Shown: positions 28,982 to 37,707 of the stretch, one piece after another
Position numbering within the stretch: the first letter of the stretch is position 1
How the letters are laid out: each line of letters starts with the position of its first letter
Assembly (NCBI GenBank): GCA_964577305.1
Contig: CAZNYS010000007.1
Coordinates: forward strand, 12,562-76,561
Source of the DNA: an uncultured Rikenellaceae bacterium
GTDB taxonomy: Bacteria > Bacteroidota > Bacteroidia > Bacteroidales > VadinHA17
Length of the DNA stretch: 64,000 nt
Direction of reading: 5' to 3'
Program-made: the position numbers and the translations under genes
The notes under the pieces: generated by a model
Database searches by the model: none
Told to the model about the DNA's origin: nothing
What the model saw: only the letters and a program-made list of their open reading frames with translations

Positions 28982-29521
28982 ATGGTAACCGACAGAGATA
29001 TTATAAGGAGGATCAGGAACGGTGATATCAATGAATTTGAGAACCTGTTCCGGTCCTTCTATAATTCTCTGGTAAATTATGCAAGATCAATCCTGAAAGA
29101 TACAGATACATCAGAAGAAATAGTACAGGAACTTTTTTATGTTTTATGGCGCGACAGGAGAAGGATAAAAATTAACAGTTCACTCAATGGTTACCTTTTC
29201 CGCTCAGTATACAACAGATGTCTGCATTATATCGATCATAAAAATGTTGTGATGAAACATGAAGTTGAACTTAAGGGAAGCCTGCAGAATACTGTTGAAG
29301 ATCCGGTGGATGTGATAAACTATAAAGAAATGCACGAAAAGGTCACCAGGATAATTGAAAGACTTCCTGAACGATGTGCAAAAATATTTTGTATGAGCCG
29401 CTTTGACGGTTTGAAATATAACGAAATAGCCGAACAGCTTTCAATATCAGTAAAAACTGTAGAGTCCAATATAGGTAAAGCTTTAAAAGAATTCAGGAAA
29501 GAATTGTCAATACAAGAATGA
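28982..29521 (+). CDS. ECF-type RNA polymerase sigma-70 factor
   Basis: 179 aa. Region 2 FENLFRSFYNSLVNYARSIL...EEIVQELFYVLW. Region 4 RFDGLKYNEIAEQLSISVKTVESNIGKALKEFR. Confidence 0.88.
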   Translation: MVTDRDIIRRIRNGDINEFENLFRSFYNSLVNYARSILKDTDTSEEIVQELFYVLWRDRRRIKINSSLNGYLFRSVYNRCLHYIDHKNVVMKHEVELKGSLQNTVEDPVDVINYKEMHEKVTRIIERLPERCAKIFCMSRFDGLKYNEIAEQLSISVKTVESNIGKALKEFRKELSIQE

Positions 29522-30462
29522 AAACAAAAGAAAAATATAACGAAAACATGGAAAATAAGGAGAGGATGATGTTTGATGAGTTCCTTTCCGGACAGGACCA
29601 ATCTATTCAAAAATACTGGAAGGAAATGGATGAAATCGGAAGAAGTAAAAACGTTGATGTCGATAAAGCATGGAATAAGCTTTATGACAGACTTGAGGGA
29701 GATAAGCTTATAAAGAAAAATAATATATTGAGTAAGCCTGTTTTCAGGATAGCTGCCTCTGTACTATTAATTCTTGGCCTTACATTCACCGGATTATATA
29801 TTGGCACAAATGGCTTTGAAAGAATTGATACGAATACTATCATTGCAGGTACGGAGCAAAAAAATGTTGAGGTGATCCTCCCTGATGGTAGTATGGTATT
29901 CCTCAACAGGAACTCAAAAATTGAATACCCTGATAAATTTAACAGACAAACAAGAACAGTAAAACTGCAGGGTGAAGCATTCTTTGATATTGAGCATGAT
30001 GCCAGCAGACCATTTACCGTTGATGCCGGGACAGCTAACATTACTGTGCTGGGAACATCCTTTAATGTTAATACCGGTAATAACAGGGTTGAAGTATATG
30101 TTACTTCCGGTAAGGTAATGCTAAGTAACAATAAGGGAATCCAGTCAATAACACTGGAACCGGGAGATGTCGGTTCAATATTCGATAATTCCGCCTCAAA
30201 AATTGTAAATACCGATCCTAACTACCTGTCGTGGAAAACAGAGATATTGAGATTTAAAGGCGACAGCCTGGGGAAGGTGATTACCGACCTGAAAAGAGTT
30301 CATAATATCAATATAGAAATTGAAAATGATGAGATAAATAAACTGAGAGTTACTTCTGTTTTTGATAATCAGTTGCCTGATACAATTATCCGTATTATTT
30401 GTACTACTTTTAACCTTGAATATAAAAAGGAAGGAGATATTTATTTCCTGGATACAAAATAA
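29518..30462 (+). CDS. FecR family anti-sigma factor / transmembrane sensor
   Basis: ATGA overlap with the sigma gene. Single TM FRIAASVLLILGLTFTGLYIG. Periplasmic FecR block LPDGSMVFLNRNSKIEY...LQGEAFFDI...PFTVDAGTANITVLGTSFNV. C-terminal DUF4974-like LRFKGDSLGKVITDLKRVHNINIEI. Confidence 0.85.
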   Translation: MKTKEKYNENMENKERMMFDEFLSGQDQSIQKYWKEMDEIGRSKNVDVDKAWNKLYDRLEGDKLIKKNNILSKPVFRIAASVLLILGLTFTGLYIGTNGFERIDTNTIIAGTEQKNVEVILPDGSMVFLNRNSKIEYPDKFNRQTRTVKLQGEAFFDIEHDASRPFTVDAGTANITVLGTSFNVNTGNNRVEVYVTSGKVMLSNNKGIQSITLEPGDVGSIFDNSASKIVNTDPNYLSWKTEILRFKGDSLGKVITDLKRVHNINIEIENDEINKLRVTSVFDNQLPDTIIRIICTTFNLEYKKEGDIYFLDTK

Positions 30463-30478
30463 AGGTTAAATACATTCG

Positions 30479-32050
30479 ATGAATGTACTAGCTTATGCCG
30501 AACATAAAATTATTATTAAAAGACTTGTTATAATTATTCTTATTATAACAGTCTCTTTTATTACCCGTGCACAGGAAAACGTACTCAACACCCGTCTTTC
30601 ATTTAAACTTAATGATGTCAGCATATCAACTGTATTAAAATCCATCTCCCGTAAAACAGGTTATTATTTTACTTACGATACTGACCTTATCGAACCCGAT
30701 AGGTTAACCACTGTCAGGATGGATAATCAGCCTCTGAGGAATATTCTTGATACCATCTTCCATGATAAACTGCTTAATTATTCCATTATTGATAATCATA
30801 TAATAATTTATCAGTCAGTCAGCGAATCAACTCCCCTGATAAGGGAGGAAGGAAGGCAACCTGTGTATTACCTCTCGGGTGTGGTAACCGATGCCGGTAA
30901 TGGTCAACCCCTTCCCTATGCAACTATAGGCGTTAAATCAAAAGGCAAAGGCACAATATCCAATTATGAAGGTGAGTACAACCTTAAGCTTACAAAAGAT
31001 TTCCTTAATGATACGCTTGTGGTTTCATACCTTGGCTTCTTCAATCGTAATATACCCGTTAACCAGGCAATTAACAGCTACTTCAATATCTGTCTTACAA
31101 GGATGTATGTTCCCATTCCAGAAGTCATAATCAGGAACAGGGAACCTCTGGAACTGATCAGGAATGCAAAAGAAATGATACCGGAAAATTATGGGAGAAA
31201 TCCGGCCCAGATGACTGCTTTTTATCGTGAATCAGTATCTAAAAAGAATAAATTACTCCAGTACGCGGAGGCAGTGCTCGAATTATACAAAAGTTCGTAT
31301 TCGGGCACCATCTTTACTGACCAGGTAAAAATTTACAAAAGCCGCAAGATAGATAATCTCGATCAGTCAGATACTCTCACTTTCAAGCTGAGGTCGGGAT
31401 TGGAGGGTTGTCTTTTCCTGGATGGTGTTAAGAATACTTTTGATTTTCTTGAGGCAGAAAGTTTTACTGATTATAATTACCGTATGACAGATATAATAAA
31501 CATAGGTGACGAAGCTGCCTATGTTATTGAGTTTGAACAAAAGGAAAACCTTGATGATATTGCCCTGCCTAAAGGTGCAATATATATAAGCACAAGTAAT
31601 TATGGCTTTCATGCATTTGACTTCGAGATCAACCAGGATTATATTAATAAACTTGAAAGATCATTTATTCAACAGGCGGCAAGAGGTTTTAATGTGAAGG
31701 TCAGGTCAGCAAAGTACCGTGTTAATTACCGCTATATTAACAATCGTTATTATCTCAATCACGTCAGGGGTGATCTGGAGTTCTACGCCAGAAAAAAGAA
31801 CAGGGTATTCGGCAGCACCTATTATATCTTCTTTGAGATGGCAGTTACAGATATAGATACTGTAAACGTAAAACGATTCACCAGGGAAGAGCGCGCACCA
31901 CTGCATTCAATTTTCTCTGAAACAATAAACCACTATGATAGGGAATTCTGGGGTACTGATAATTTTGTCAGGCCCGAAGAAAGCATTAAAGAAGCCCTGT
32001 CGCGCATAAATGCCCGGCTGGGTGAATACACATCTAATAACTCTCAATAA
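30479..32050 (+). CDS. STN (secretin/TonB N-terminal) + CarboxypepD_reg-like domain protein lacking plug/barrel
   Basis: 523 aa. aa 38-111 LSFKLNDVSISTVLKSISRKTGYYFTYDTDLIEPDRLTTVRMDNQPLRNILDTIFHDKLLNYSIIDNHIIIY fits the STN signalling-domain pattern. aa 130-207 LSGVVTDAGNGQPLPYATIGVKSKGKGTISNYEGEYNLKL is CarboxypepD_reg-like. aa 215-523 are paralogous to 27667..28971. The protein is far too short for a TonB-dependent barrel. Confidence 0.8.
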   Translation: MNVLAYAEHKIIIKRLVIIILIITVSFITRAQENVLNTRLSFKLNDVSISTVLKSISRKTGYYFTYDTDLIEPDRLTTVRMDNQPLRNILDTIFHDKLLNYSIIDNHIIIYQSVSESTPLIREEGRQPVYYLSGVVTDAGNGQPLPYATIGVKSKGKGTISNYEGEYNLKLTKDFLNDTLVVSYLGFFNRNIPVNQAINSYFNICLTRMYVPIPEVIIRNREPLELIRNAKEMIPENYGRNPAQMTAFYRESVSKKNKLLQYAEAVLELYKSSYSGTIFTDQVKIYKSRKIDNLDQSDTLTFKLRSGLEGCLFLDGVKNTFDFLEAESFTDYNYRMTDIINIGDEAAYVIEFEQKENLDDIALPKGAIYISTSNYGFHAFDFEINQDYINKLERSFIQQAARGFNVKVRSAKYRVNYRYINNRYYLNHVRGDLEFYARKKNRVFGSTYYIFFEMAVTDIDTVNVKRFTREERAPLHSIFSETINHYDREFWGTDNFVRPEESIKEALSRINARLGEYTSNNSQ

Positions 32051-33047
32051 TCCTGTAGAGCTCGCTCAGGTCTGGCGTCAGTATTATCTCTGTACGCCTG
32101 TTTTTCCTCCTGGCTTCTGCAGTCTTGTCATTATCAACAGGTAAATATTCTCCCCTGCCGCCAGCCGTCAGCCTGGCAGGATTAATGCCCGAACCATCAA
32201 GCAATACCCTTACAACAGTCGTTGCCCTCTTAACACTTAAATCCCAGTTATCCTGAATAGGTCCACCCGAAGAAATATACGGCACATCATCGGTATGCCC
32301 TTCAATTGTAATCTGTATATCTGGATTGTTCTTTAATACAACGGCAAGCTTTTTCAGGGCATTACGGCCATTGGCATCAATATTATAGCTGCCTGTCCGG
32401 AACAGGAGCTTTTCCTCAAGTGACACATATACCTTACCGTTTTTCATAGATACGGTCAGACCTTCACCTTCAAAACCATACAATGCATCCGACACCTTAT
32501 TCTTCAGGTCCTTCACTATCCGGGTTTGTTCTTCAAGTATCTGTTCCAGCTCTGTAAGCCTTTTATTTCTTTGCTCAAGCTCATAGGATAACTCATCGAG
32601 AGCCGCTCTTTTGGCCTCCATGTTCATTTCCAGCTGCTTCATCAGATCTTCTTTGTTCTGCAGGTTCTGCTGGGCCTCCTGGAGTTCGCTGAGTAAACGC
32701 CTGGTCTCAGCAATATTGCCGCTTATCAGATCCTCCTGGGCATTCTGCAGTTCAGTGTATCTGTTGTTAAGATCATTATATTGAGCCCTCGCTTTATCAA
32801 CTTCTGCCTGGAGGTCTTCTCTCTCTCCTTCCATTCCTGCCAGCTCTTCTTTAATTGATTCCAGTTGTGCTGCCATTTCCCTGTTCCTCATCGACAGGTC
32901 CAGGTTCTCAGTTTTAAAATTATCCCTCTCATTCATATATTGGACACTCTTGTCATGCAATGTCCTGTACCTCCCACCGGGAACACATGATACAAGACTT
33001 AAAACAGCTGATGAAGAAATTATTAGAAAGAATTTCATATTATTCAT
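32034..33047 (-). CDS. OmpA-family lipoprotein with long coiled-coil
   Basis: C-terminus IEGHTDDVPY...NWDLSVKRATTVVRVLL...GINPARLTAGGRGEYLPV...NRRTEIIL is an OmpA_C domain. The central heptad-rich region is rich in E/L/Q. The likely start is MNNMKFFLIISSSAVLSLVSC (33047 or 33038). The ORF is open to 33158. Confidence 0.8.
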   Translation of the reverse strand: MNNMKFFLIISSSAVLSLVSCVPGGRYRTLHDKSVQYMNERDNFKTENLDLSMRNREMAAQLESIKEELAGMEGEREDLQAEVDKARAQYNDLNNRYTELQNAQEDLISGNIAETRRLLSELQEAQQNLQNKEDLMKQLEMNMEAKRAALDELSYELEQRNKRLTELEQILEEQTRIVKDLKNKVSDALYGFEGEGLTVSMKNGKVYVSLEEKLLFRTGSYNIDANGRNALKKLAVVLKNNPDIQITIEGHTDDVPYISSGGPIQDNWDLSVKRATTVVRVLLDGSGINPARLTAGGRGEYLPVDNDKTAEARRKNRRTEIILTPDLSELYRIIESY

Positions 33048-33144
33048 GACTGGCTTTTTTAAACAAACTAGCGTAAATTGCGTTATCCTACAAAAATAAC
33101 AAATTCCATGTTCAGACATACAAACCAGATAGTAATAATATTTA

Positions 33145-33152
33145 TATCTTTG
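33145..33152 (+). promoter_or_regulatory. -7 box TAnnTTTG upstream of dxs
   Basis: tatctttg, 29 nt upstream of the ATG at 33181. Confidence 0.45.
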
Positions 33153-33180
33153 CATCACCCTGTATAATTAGTCAGATAGT

Positions 33181-35088
33181 ATGTATGATCTGCTTAACAC
33201 TATTTCTTCTCCTGATGATCTGAAAAAACTTAAGCCCGAGGACCTGATTGTTTTAAGCAAGGAACTGAGGCAGTACATCATCGATGTGGTAAGTTGTAAT
33301 CCCGGTCATTTAGGGGCCAGCCTTGGCGTTGTTGAGCTCACCATTGCCCTTCATTATGTTTATAATACACCCTATGACAAAATAGTATGGGATGTGGGGC
33401 ACCAGGCCTACGGGCATAAAATACTGACCGGCAGACGGGATAACTTTCATACAAACCGCAAATACCAGGGTATAAGCGGGTTCCCAAAACGTGAGGAAAG
33501 TGAATATGATGCTTTCGGAGTGGGGCATTCATCAACATCTATATCTGCTGCTCTCGGTATGGCCAAGGCAGTAAAACATAAAGGAGAAAAAAGGCATGTG
33601 GTGGCCGTTATAGGTGATGGTGCCATGACTGCGGGACTCGCTTTCGAAGGGCTGAATAATGCCGGTGCCGAAAAATCAGATATCCTTGTTATTCTGAACG
33701 ACAATAATATTGCCATTGACCCAAATGTTGGAGCCCTGAAAGAATACCTTCTGGATGTTACCACGAGTAAAACATATAATAAGTTCAAAGACGAGGTATG
33801 GAATGTCTTGGGTAAAATCAGCAAGATGGGTCCCAATGCCCAGTCACTGGCCAGCAAGCTTGAGACTGGCATCAAAAGTACCATACTGAAGCATTCAAAC
33901 CTTTTTGAGGCAATGAATTTCAGGTACTTCGGCCCCATTGATGGTCATGATATCCTTCACCTGAGAAGAATACTTGAAGACATGAAGCGCATCCCCGGGC
34001 CCAAACTGCTTCATTGCATCACGAAAAAAGGTAAAGGATTCCCTCAGGCTGAGCTTAACCAGACAAAATTTCATGCCCCGGGATTATTCGATAAGGTTAC
34101 GGGCGAAATTGCACAGTCTGATAACACAATAAAACCTCCACGTTTCCAGGATGTTTTCGGACATACTGTCCTTGAACTGGCCAGGCAAAATGAAAAGATT
34201 GTTGGGGTAACTCCTGCAATGCCTACCGGCTGCTCATTAAATATTATGATGAAGGAAATGCCCGAAAGGGCCTATGATGTAGGCATAGCAGAGCAGCACG
34301 CCGTAACTTTCTCGGCAGGTATGGCTGCTGAAGGTATGATACCTTTCTGCAATATTTATTCAACCTTTATGCAGAGGGCTTATGACCAGGTAATACATGA
34401 TGTGGCTCTGCAAAACCTGCACGTGGTCTTCTGCCTCGACAGGGGTGGACTGGTTGGGGCCGACGGGGCAACACATCATGGCTTCTTTGACCTGTCATAT
34501 ATGCGTGTTCTGCCCAATATGGTAGTATCAGCTCCCATGGACGAGATAGAGCTGCGTAACCTGATGTATACCGCACAGCTTGAAAAGAACGCGGGGCCTT
34601 TCAGTATACGTTATCCCAGGGGAGTGGGACTGAATACCGACTGGCAAAGGCCGTTTGAAGAGATCCCTGTGGGTAAAGCCAGGAAACTTGCCGAAGGAGA
34701 AAAGGTTGCCGTACTTACCATAGGATATACGGGGAATAGTGCGCTGCGCGCAGTGAAAAGACTGGAAAAAGAAAATATCAATATCACTCATTACGATATG
34801 CGGTTCGTCCAGCCCCTGGATGAAGAAGTGCTGCATGATGTCTTCAAAAAACACAAAGCAGTCATCACCGTTGAAGATGGCATGCTTAAGGGAGGTTTTG
34901 GATCCGCAGTGCTGGAATTTATGGCCGATAATAATTATAATGTCCAGGTTAAGAGGCTTGGCATACCGGATTTTTTCATTGAGCAGGGCACACAGATAGA
35001 GCTGAAGAAAGAATGCGGCTTTGATACCGATGGAATATATGACACTCTGAAGAATACCTACAAGTCAGTTCAGGCATTTACCGTCTGA
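33181..35088 (+). CDS. dxs: 1-deoxy-D-xylulose-5-phosphate synthase
   Basis: GHLGASLGVVELTIALHYV...WDVGHQAYGHKILTGR...GHSSTSISAALGMA...IGDGAMTAGLAFEGLNNAG. 635 aa. Confidence 0.95.
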   Translation: MYDLLNTISSPDDLKKLKPEDLIVLSKELRQYIIDVVSCNPGHLGASLGVVELTIALHYVYNTPYDKIVWDVGHQAYGHKILTGRRDNFHTNRKYQGISGFPKREESEYDAFGVGHSSTSISAALGMAKAVKHKGEKRHVVAVIGDGAMTAGLAFEGLNNAGAEKSDILVILNDNNIAIDPNVGALKEYLLDVTTSKTYNKFKDEVWNVLGKISKMGPNAQSLASKLETGIKSTILKHSNLFEAMNFRYFGPIDGHDILHLRRILEDMKRIPGPKLLHCITKKGKGFPQAELNQTKFHAPGLFDKVTGEIAQSDNTIKPPRFQDVFGHTVLELARQNEKIVGVTPAMPTGCSLNIMMKEMPERAYDVGIAEQHAVTFSAGMAAEGMIPFCNIYSTFMQRAYDQVIHDVALQNLHVVFCLDRGGLVGADGATHHGFFDLSYMRVLPNMVVSAPMDEIELRNLMYTAQLEKNAGPFSIRYPRGVGLNTDWQRPFEEIPVGKARKLAEGEKVAVLTIGYTGNSALRAVKRLEKENINITHYDMRFVQPLDEEVLHDVFKKHKAVITVEDGMLKGGFGSAVLEFMADNNYNVQVKRLGIPDFFIEQGTQIELKKECGFDTDGIYDTLKNTYKSVQAFTV

Positions 35089-35124
35089 TTTAAGATTCCA
35101 GATCAACGATTTAAGATTTCAGAT
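35087..35124. repeat. AT-rich interspersed module D (copy D1)
   Basis: gatttaagattccagatcaacgatttaagatttcagat. The core agatcaacgatttaagattt recurs at 38446.. and, reverse-complemented, at 39701..39733 and 44351..44383. The dxs stop codon TGA (35086..35088) lies inside it. Confidence 0.65.
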
Positions 35125-35147
35125 ATTATACTTTGTACTTTCCCTTT

Positions 35148-35181
35148 AGACGCGCCATGGCGTGTCTCTACTTTTGTCTTT
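35148..35181 (+). terminator. palindromic hairpin plus T-rich tract between convergent dxs and the DPP-IV gene
   Basis: agacgcgcc/ggcgtgtct near-perfect palindrome (35148..35167) followed by ctacttttgtcttttt. Confidence 0.45.
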
Positions 35182-35195
35182 TTACTTTTGTCTTT
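35169..35195. repeat. module E: 13-mer tacttttgtcttt in tandem (x2)
   Basis: Copies at 35169..35181 and 35183..35195. An exact reverse-complement copy lies at 44986..44998 and a degenerate version at 48694..48722. The second copy encodes the last 4 codons plus the stop of the DPP-IV gene on the minus strand. Confidence 0.7.
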
Positions 35196-37413
35196 GATCT
35201 TCCTTCAGGTGTTTTTCCAGGTAATCAGTATACTGTTGCATCAGTAAAAGATACGTCGTGATGTTTGTTGCTATACCGTGTGTTCCCGGGGGATAGATCT
35301 TCAGGTCAAAATCCTTCCCTGCCATATTTAATGCGTTTACCAACTGAAATGTATTCTGGGGATGAACATTATCATCCATCAGTGAATGAGCCAGTAAGAG
35401 GTGGCCGTCGAGGTTCGCTGCATGTGTTATTACTGCAGATTGCTTATAACCTTCTGCATTATCATCCATCAGTCCCATATACCTTTCTGTAAGTATACAG
35501 TCATAAAAAAGGTGATCAGTAACCGGGGCTGCCGTAAGTGATACTTTAAAAACACCAGGGTGGGTAAGCATGGTATAGCTTGAAGTATAACCACCGTAAC
35601 TATGACCCCTGATAGCCATATAATCACCGTCAACCCATGGCAGAGATGCCAGGTATTTAGCGGTTTCAACGAAATCATTCGACTCCCATTTGCCAAGCTG
35701 CCTGTGTACAATCTTTTCAAATTCGTATCCGTATCCACCATTACCCCTGTTATTAACTGATGCTATTACATAACCTTCCTGCGCCAGCCACTGGTGCCAG
35801 CCGTTGGTGCCGAAAGTATTGAAAACACCCTGGGAACCCGGTCCTCCATATATATCAAGAAACAGAGGGTATGTCTTATTCGCATCAAAATCAACCGGCT
35901 TAATAATATACCCGTCAAGCTTCTGTCCGTCAGTGGTTGTGAAACTGAACAGTTCTTTAGGGGCATAAACATGGGATTCCAGATAGGTCAGAACCCTGCT
36001 GTTATCTGTGAATTCCTCAATCACTTTACCTTTAGAACTCATCAGCAATACTGCCGTGGGATTGTTTACATCTGACCATGAATCAAAATAGTATTGCCCT
36101 TTGTCAGAAACATTGACGTTATGGTTTCCCCGGGCTGTTGTCAGTCTTTTTTTACCTTTCCCGTCAAATCCCACCCGGAAGAGATTCTGCTCTGTAGGTG
36201 CTACCTCGGTAGATACATAATACAGTATCTCTTCCCCAGTATCTATAGCTTCTATCCCTTTTACTTCCCAGTCGCCTGTTGTTACCTGGTTAATGATATT
36301 GCCATCATAATCAAAGCGATAAATATTAGCCCAGCCATCGCGTTCAGAAATCCAGAAGAATTCTTCAATATCATCCGGGAAATACACAAGGTGCAGGTTG
36401 CCTGCAAAGAAGTCGAATATATCTATCCATGCATCCGACTCTTCCTCCATTACAAGTCTACTGTCACCACTTACCACATCATAGAACCATATTTTCATAT
36501 TACTCTGAATGCGGTTCATCCACATAACCGCCAGGGTATTAGGTTTTGATGTCCAGTAAATACGAGGGATATAGCCACCCTCAAGATCAATATCCATCCA
36601 TTTCTTATTCCCATTATCTGTATCAATAACTCCAATTTTCACCTGTGGGGGATTATCGCCAACCTTTGGATATGGTACTTCCATATATTCCGGGTGTTGC
36701 CCGGAAAAATCAGTCAGTTTATATATCGGTACTTCTGTTTCATCCGATTGCCAGTAAGCAATATATTTACTGTCATTTGACCACGACCACCCCTGTACCA
36801 AGCCAAATTCTTCTTCCTGTGCCCAGCCGAACCTTCCATTATAAACCTGCTCTCGGGCATCATCAGTAAACCGGATATGTTTGTCTGTTTCAAATACAAA
36901 CTCATACAGGTCACCGTCCTTACCATAACCAACCTTTTCCCCGTCGGGTGAAATTTCAGCGCTGAAGGCTTGTTTAACTATGAGGTCGAGTGATTTGTCT
37001 TTAACCGAATATAAAAAATAATCCGAATTGCCCGAATAGCGCCAGATTGGGTTGAAGTTACACTGGAACAGTATATAGTTGTAATCCTTTGTCCATGCAA
37101 AAGAAACATAACGGAATGGTTGCTCAGTTTCCGGGAAAGTAAGATCCTCGTTTGAAAACACCTTTTCTTCCTTGCCTGTTTTAATCGTTCTTATCCAGAT
37201 CTCCTGGATATATTGATCGTTCCGGGTGAAGGAGTATTTCTCACCATCTTCTATCCATGTCACATTAGACGGTGCCCCTCCGGCATTCAGGTTTCCTGCA
37301 GCAAATAATGCCTCACGCAGGTTTGCATATTTTTCTTTCTGTGCCTGTACTGATACAGGTACAACCAGTATTACAAAAAATAAAACAACTAAAATTCTCT
37401 TAAGATTTTTCAT
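35182..37413 (-). CDS. dipeptidyl-peptidase IV (S9B family)
   Basis: Signal peptide MKNLKRILVVLFFVILVVPVSVQAQ. DPPIV_N-type propeller. Catalytic part IRGHSYGGYTSSY, later DDNVHPQNT and PGTHGI. The ORF is open to 37524, but that extension is translated repeat sequence, so the start is set at ATG 37413. Confidence 0.88.
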   Translation of the reverse strand: MKNLKRILVVLFFVILVVPVSVQAQKEKYANLREALFAAGNLNAGGAPSNVTWIEDGEKYSFTRNDQYIQEIWIRTIKTGKEEKVFSNEDLTFPETEQPFRYVSFAWTKDYNYILFQCNFNPIWRYSGNSDYFLYSVKDKSLDLIVKQAFSAEISPDGEKVGYGKDGDLYEFVFETDKHIRFTDDAREQVYNGRFGWAQEEEFGLVQGWSWSNDSKYIAYWQSDETEVPIYKLTDFSGQHPEYMEVPYPKVGDNPPQVKIGVIDTDNGNKKWMDIDLEGGYIPRIYWTSKPNTLAVMWMNRIQSNMKIWFYDVVSGDSRLVMEEESDAWIDIFDFFAGNLHLVYFPDDIEEFFWISERDGWANIYRFDYDGNIINQVTTGDWEVKGIEAIDTGEEILYYVSTEVAPTEQNLFRVGFDGKGKKRLTTARGNHNVNVSDKGQYYFDSWSDVNNPTAVLLMSSKGKVIEEFTDNSRVLTYLESHVYAPKELFSFTTTDGQKLDGYIIKPVDFDANKTYPLFLDIYGGPGSQGVFNTFGTNGWHQWLAQEGYVIASVNNRGNGGYGYEFEKIVHRQLGKWESNDFVETAKYLASLPWVDGDYMAIRGHSYGGYTSSYTMLTHPGVFKVSLTAAPVTDHLFYDCILTERYMGLMDDNAEGYKQSAVITHAANLDGHLLLAHSLMDDNVHPQNTFQLVNALNMAGKDFDLKIYPPGTHGIATNITTYLLLMQQYTDYLEKHLKEDQRQK

Positions 37414-37473
37414 AACTATAATGACTTGAGATAATACATTACAATATTTTGGCAGGTATAAAGCTATAAAAAA

Positions 37474-37512
37474 GAATGGAATGTTGGAATAATGGATTGA
37501 TGGAATGCTGGT
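37474..37512. repeat. module F (ggaat-rich) copy F1
   Basis: gaatggaatgttggaataatggattgatggaatgctgg. Related copies at 40198..40228 (gtggatagatggaataatggaatattggaacc) and, reverse-complemented, near 46444..46476. Confidence 0.55.
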
Positions 37513-37552
37513 TTGGGGTTTCACCCCACGCCAAAGGGACTGACAAAGTTAA

Positions 37553-37637
37553 GCTAAGGCTAAGGCTCCCGCCTTCGCTGGCGCGGGTCTCTGACCCATG
37601 CCGGGCTTCGGAGGGCAGAGAAGGCTGTGGCTAAGGT
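37553..37637. repeat. GC-rich interspersed modules A1 + B1
   Basis: A1 is 37561..37591, taaggctcccgccttcgctggcgcgggtctc. It matches the reverse complement of 45200..45230 at 30/31 positions. B1 is 37601..37636, ccgggcttcggagggcagagaaggctgtggctaagg. It matches the reverse complement of 46086..46121 at 31/36 positions. Confidence 0.8.
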
Positions 37638-37707
37638 TTAATAACAACCTCTACTTTACTTCATAATATGTATATTGTATAAAGTTTACAAGCTATTATT
37701 ATAGTAA

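Noticed and set aside
29682-30131. 149-aa minus-strand ORF
   Set aside because: It lies antisense to the FecR-family gene.
33447-33938. 163-aa minus-strand ORF, plus 34367..34854 ORFs
   Set aside because: They lie antisense to dxs. The sense frame carries all the thiamine-diphosphate enzyme motifs.
37414-37524. 37-codon N-terminal extension of the DPP-IV ORF
   Set aside because: The extension is encoded by repeat module F and precedes a canonical signal peptide that starts at Met 37413.
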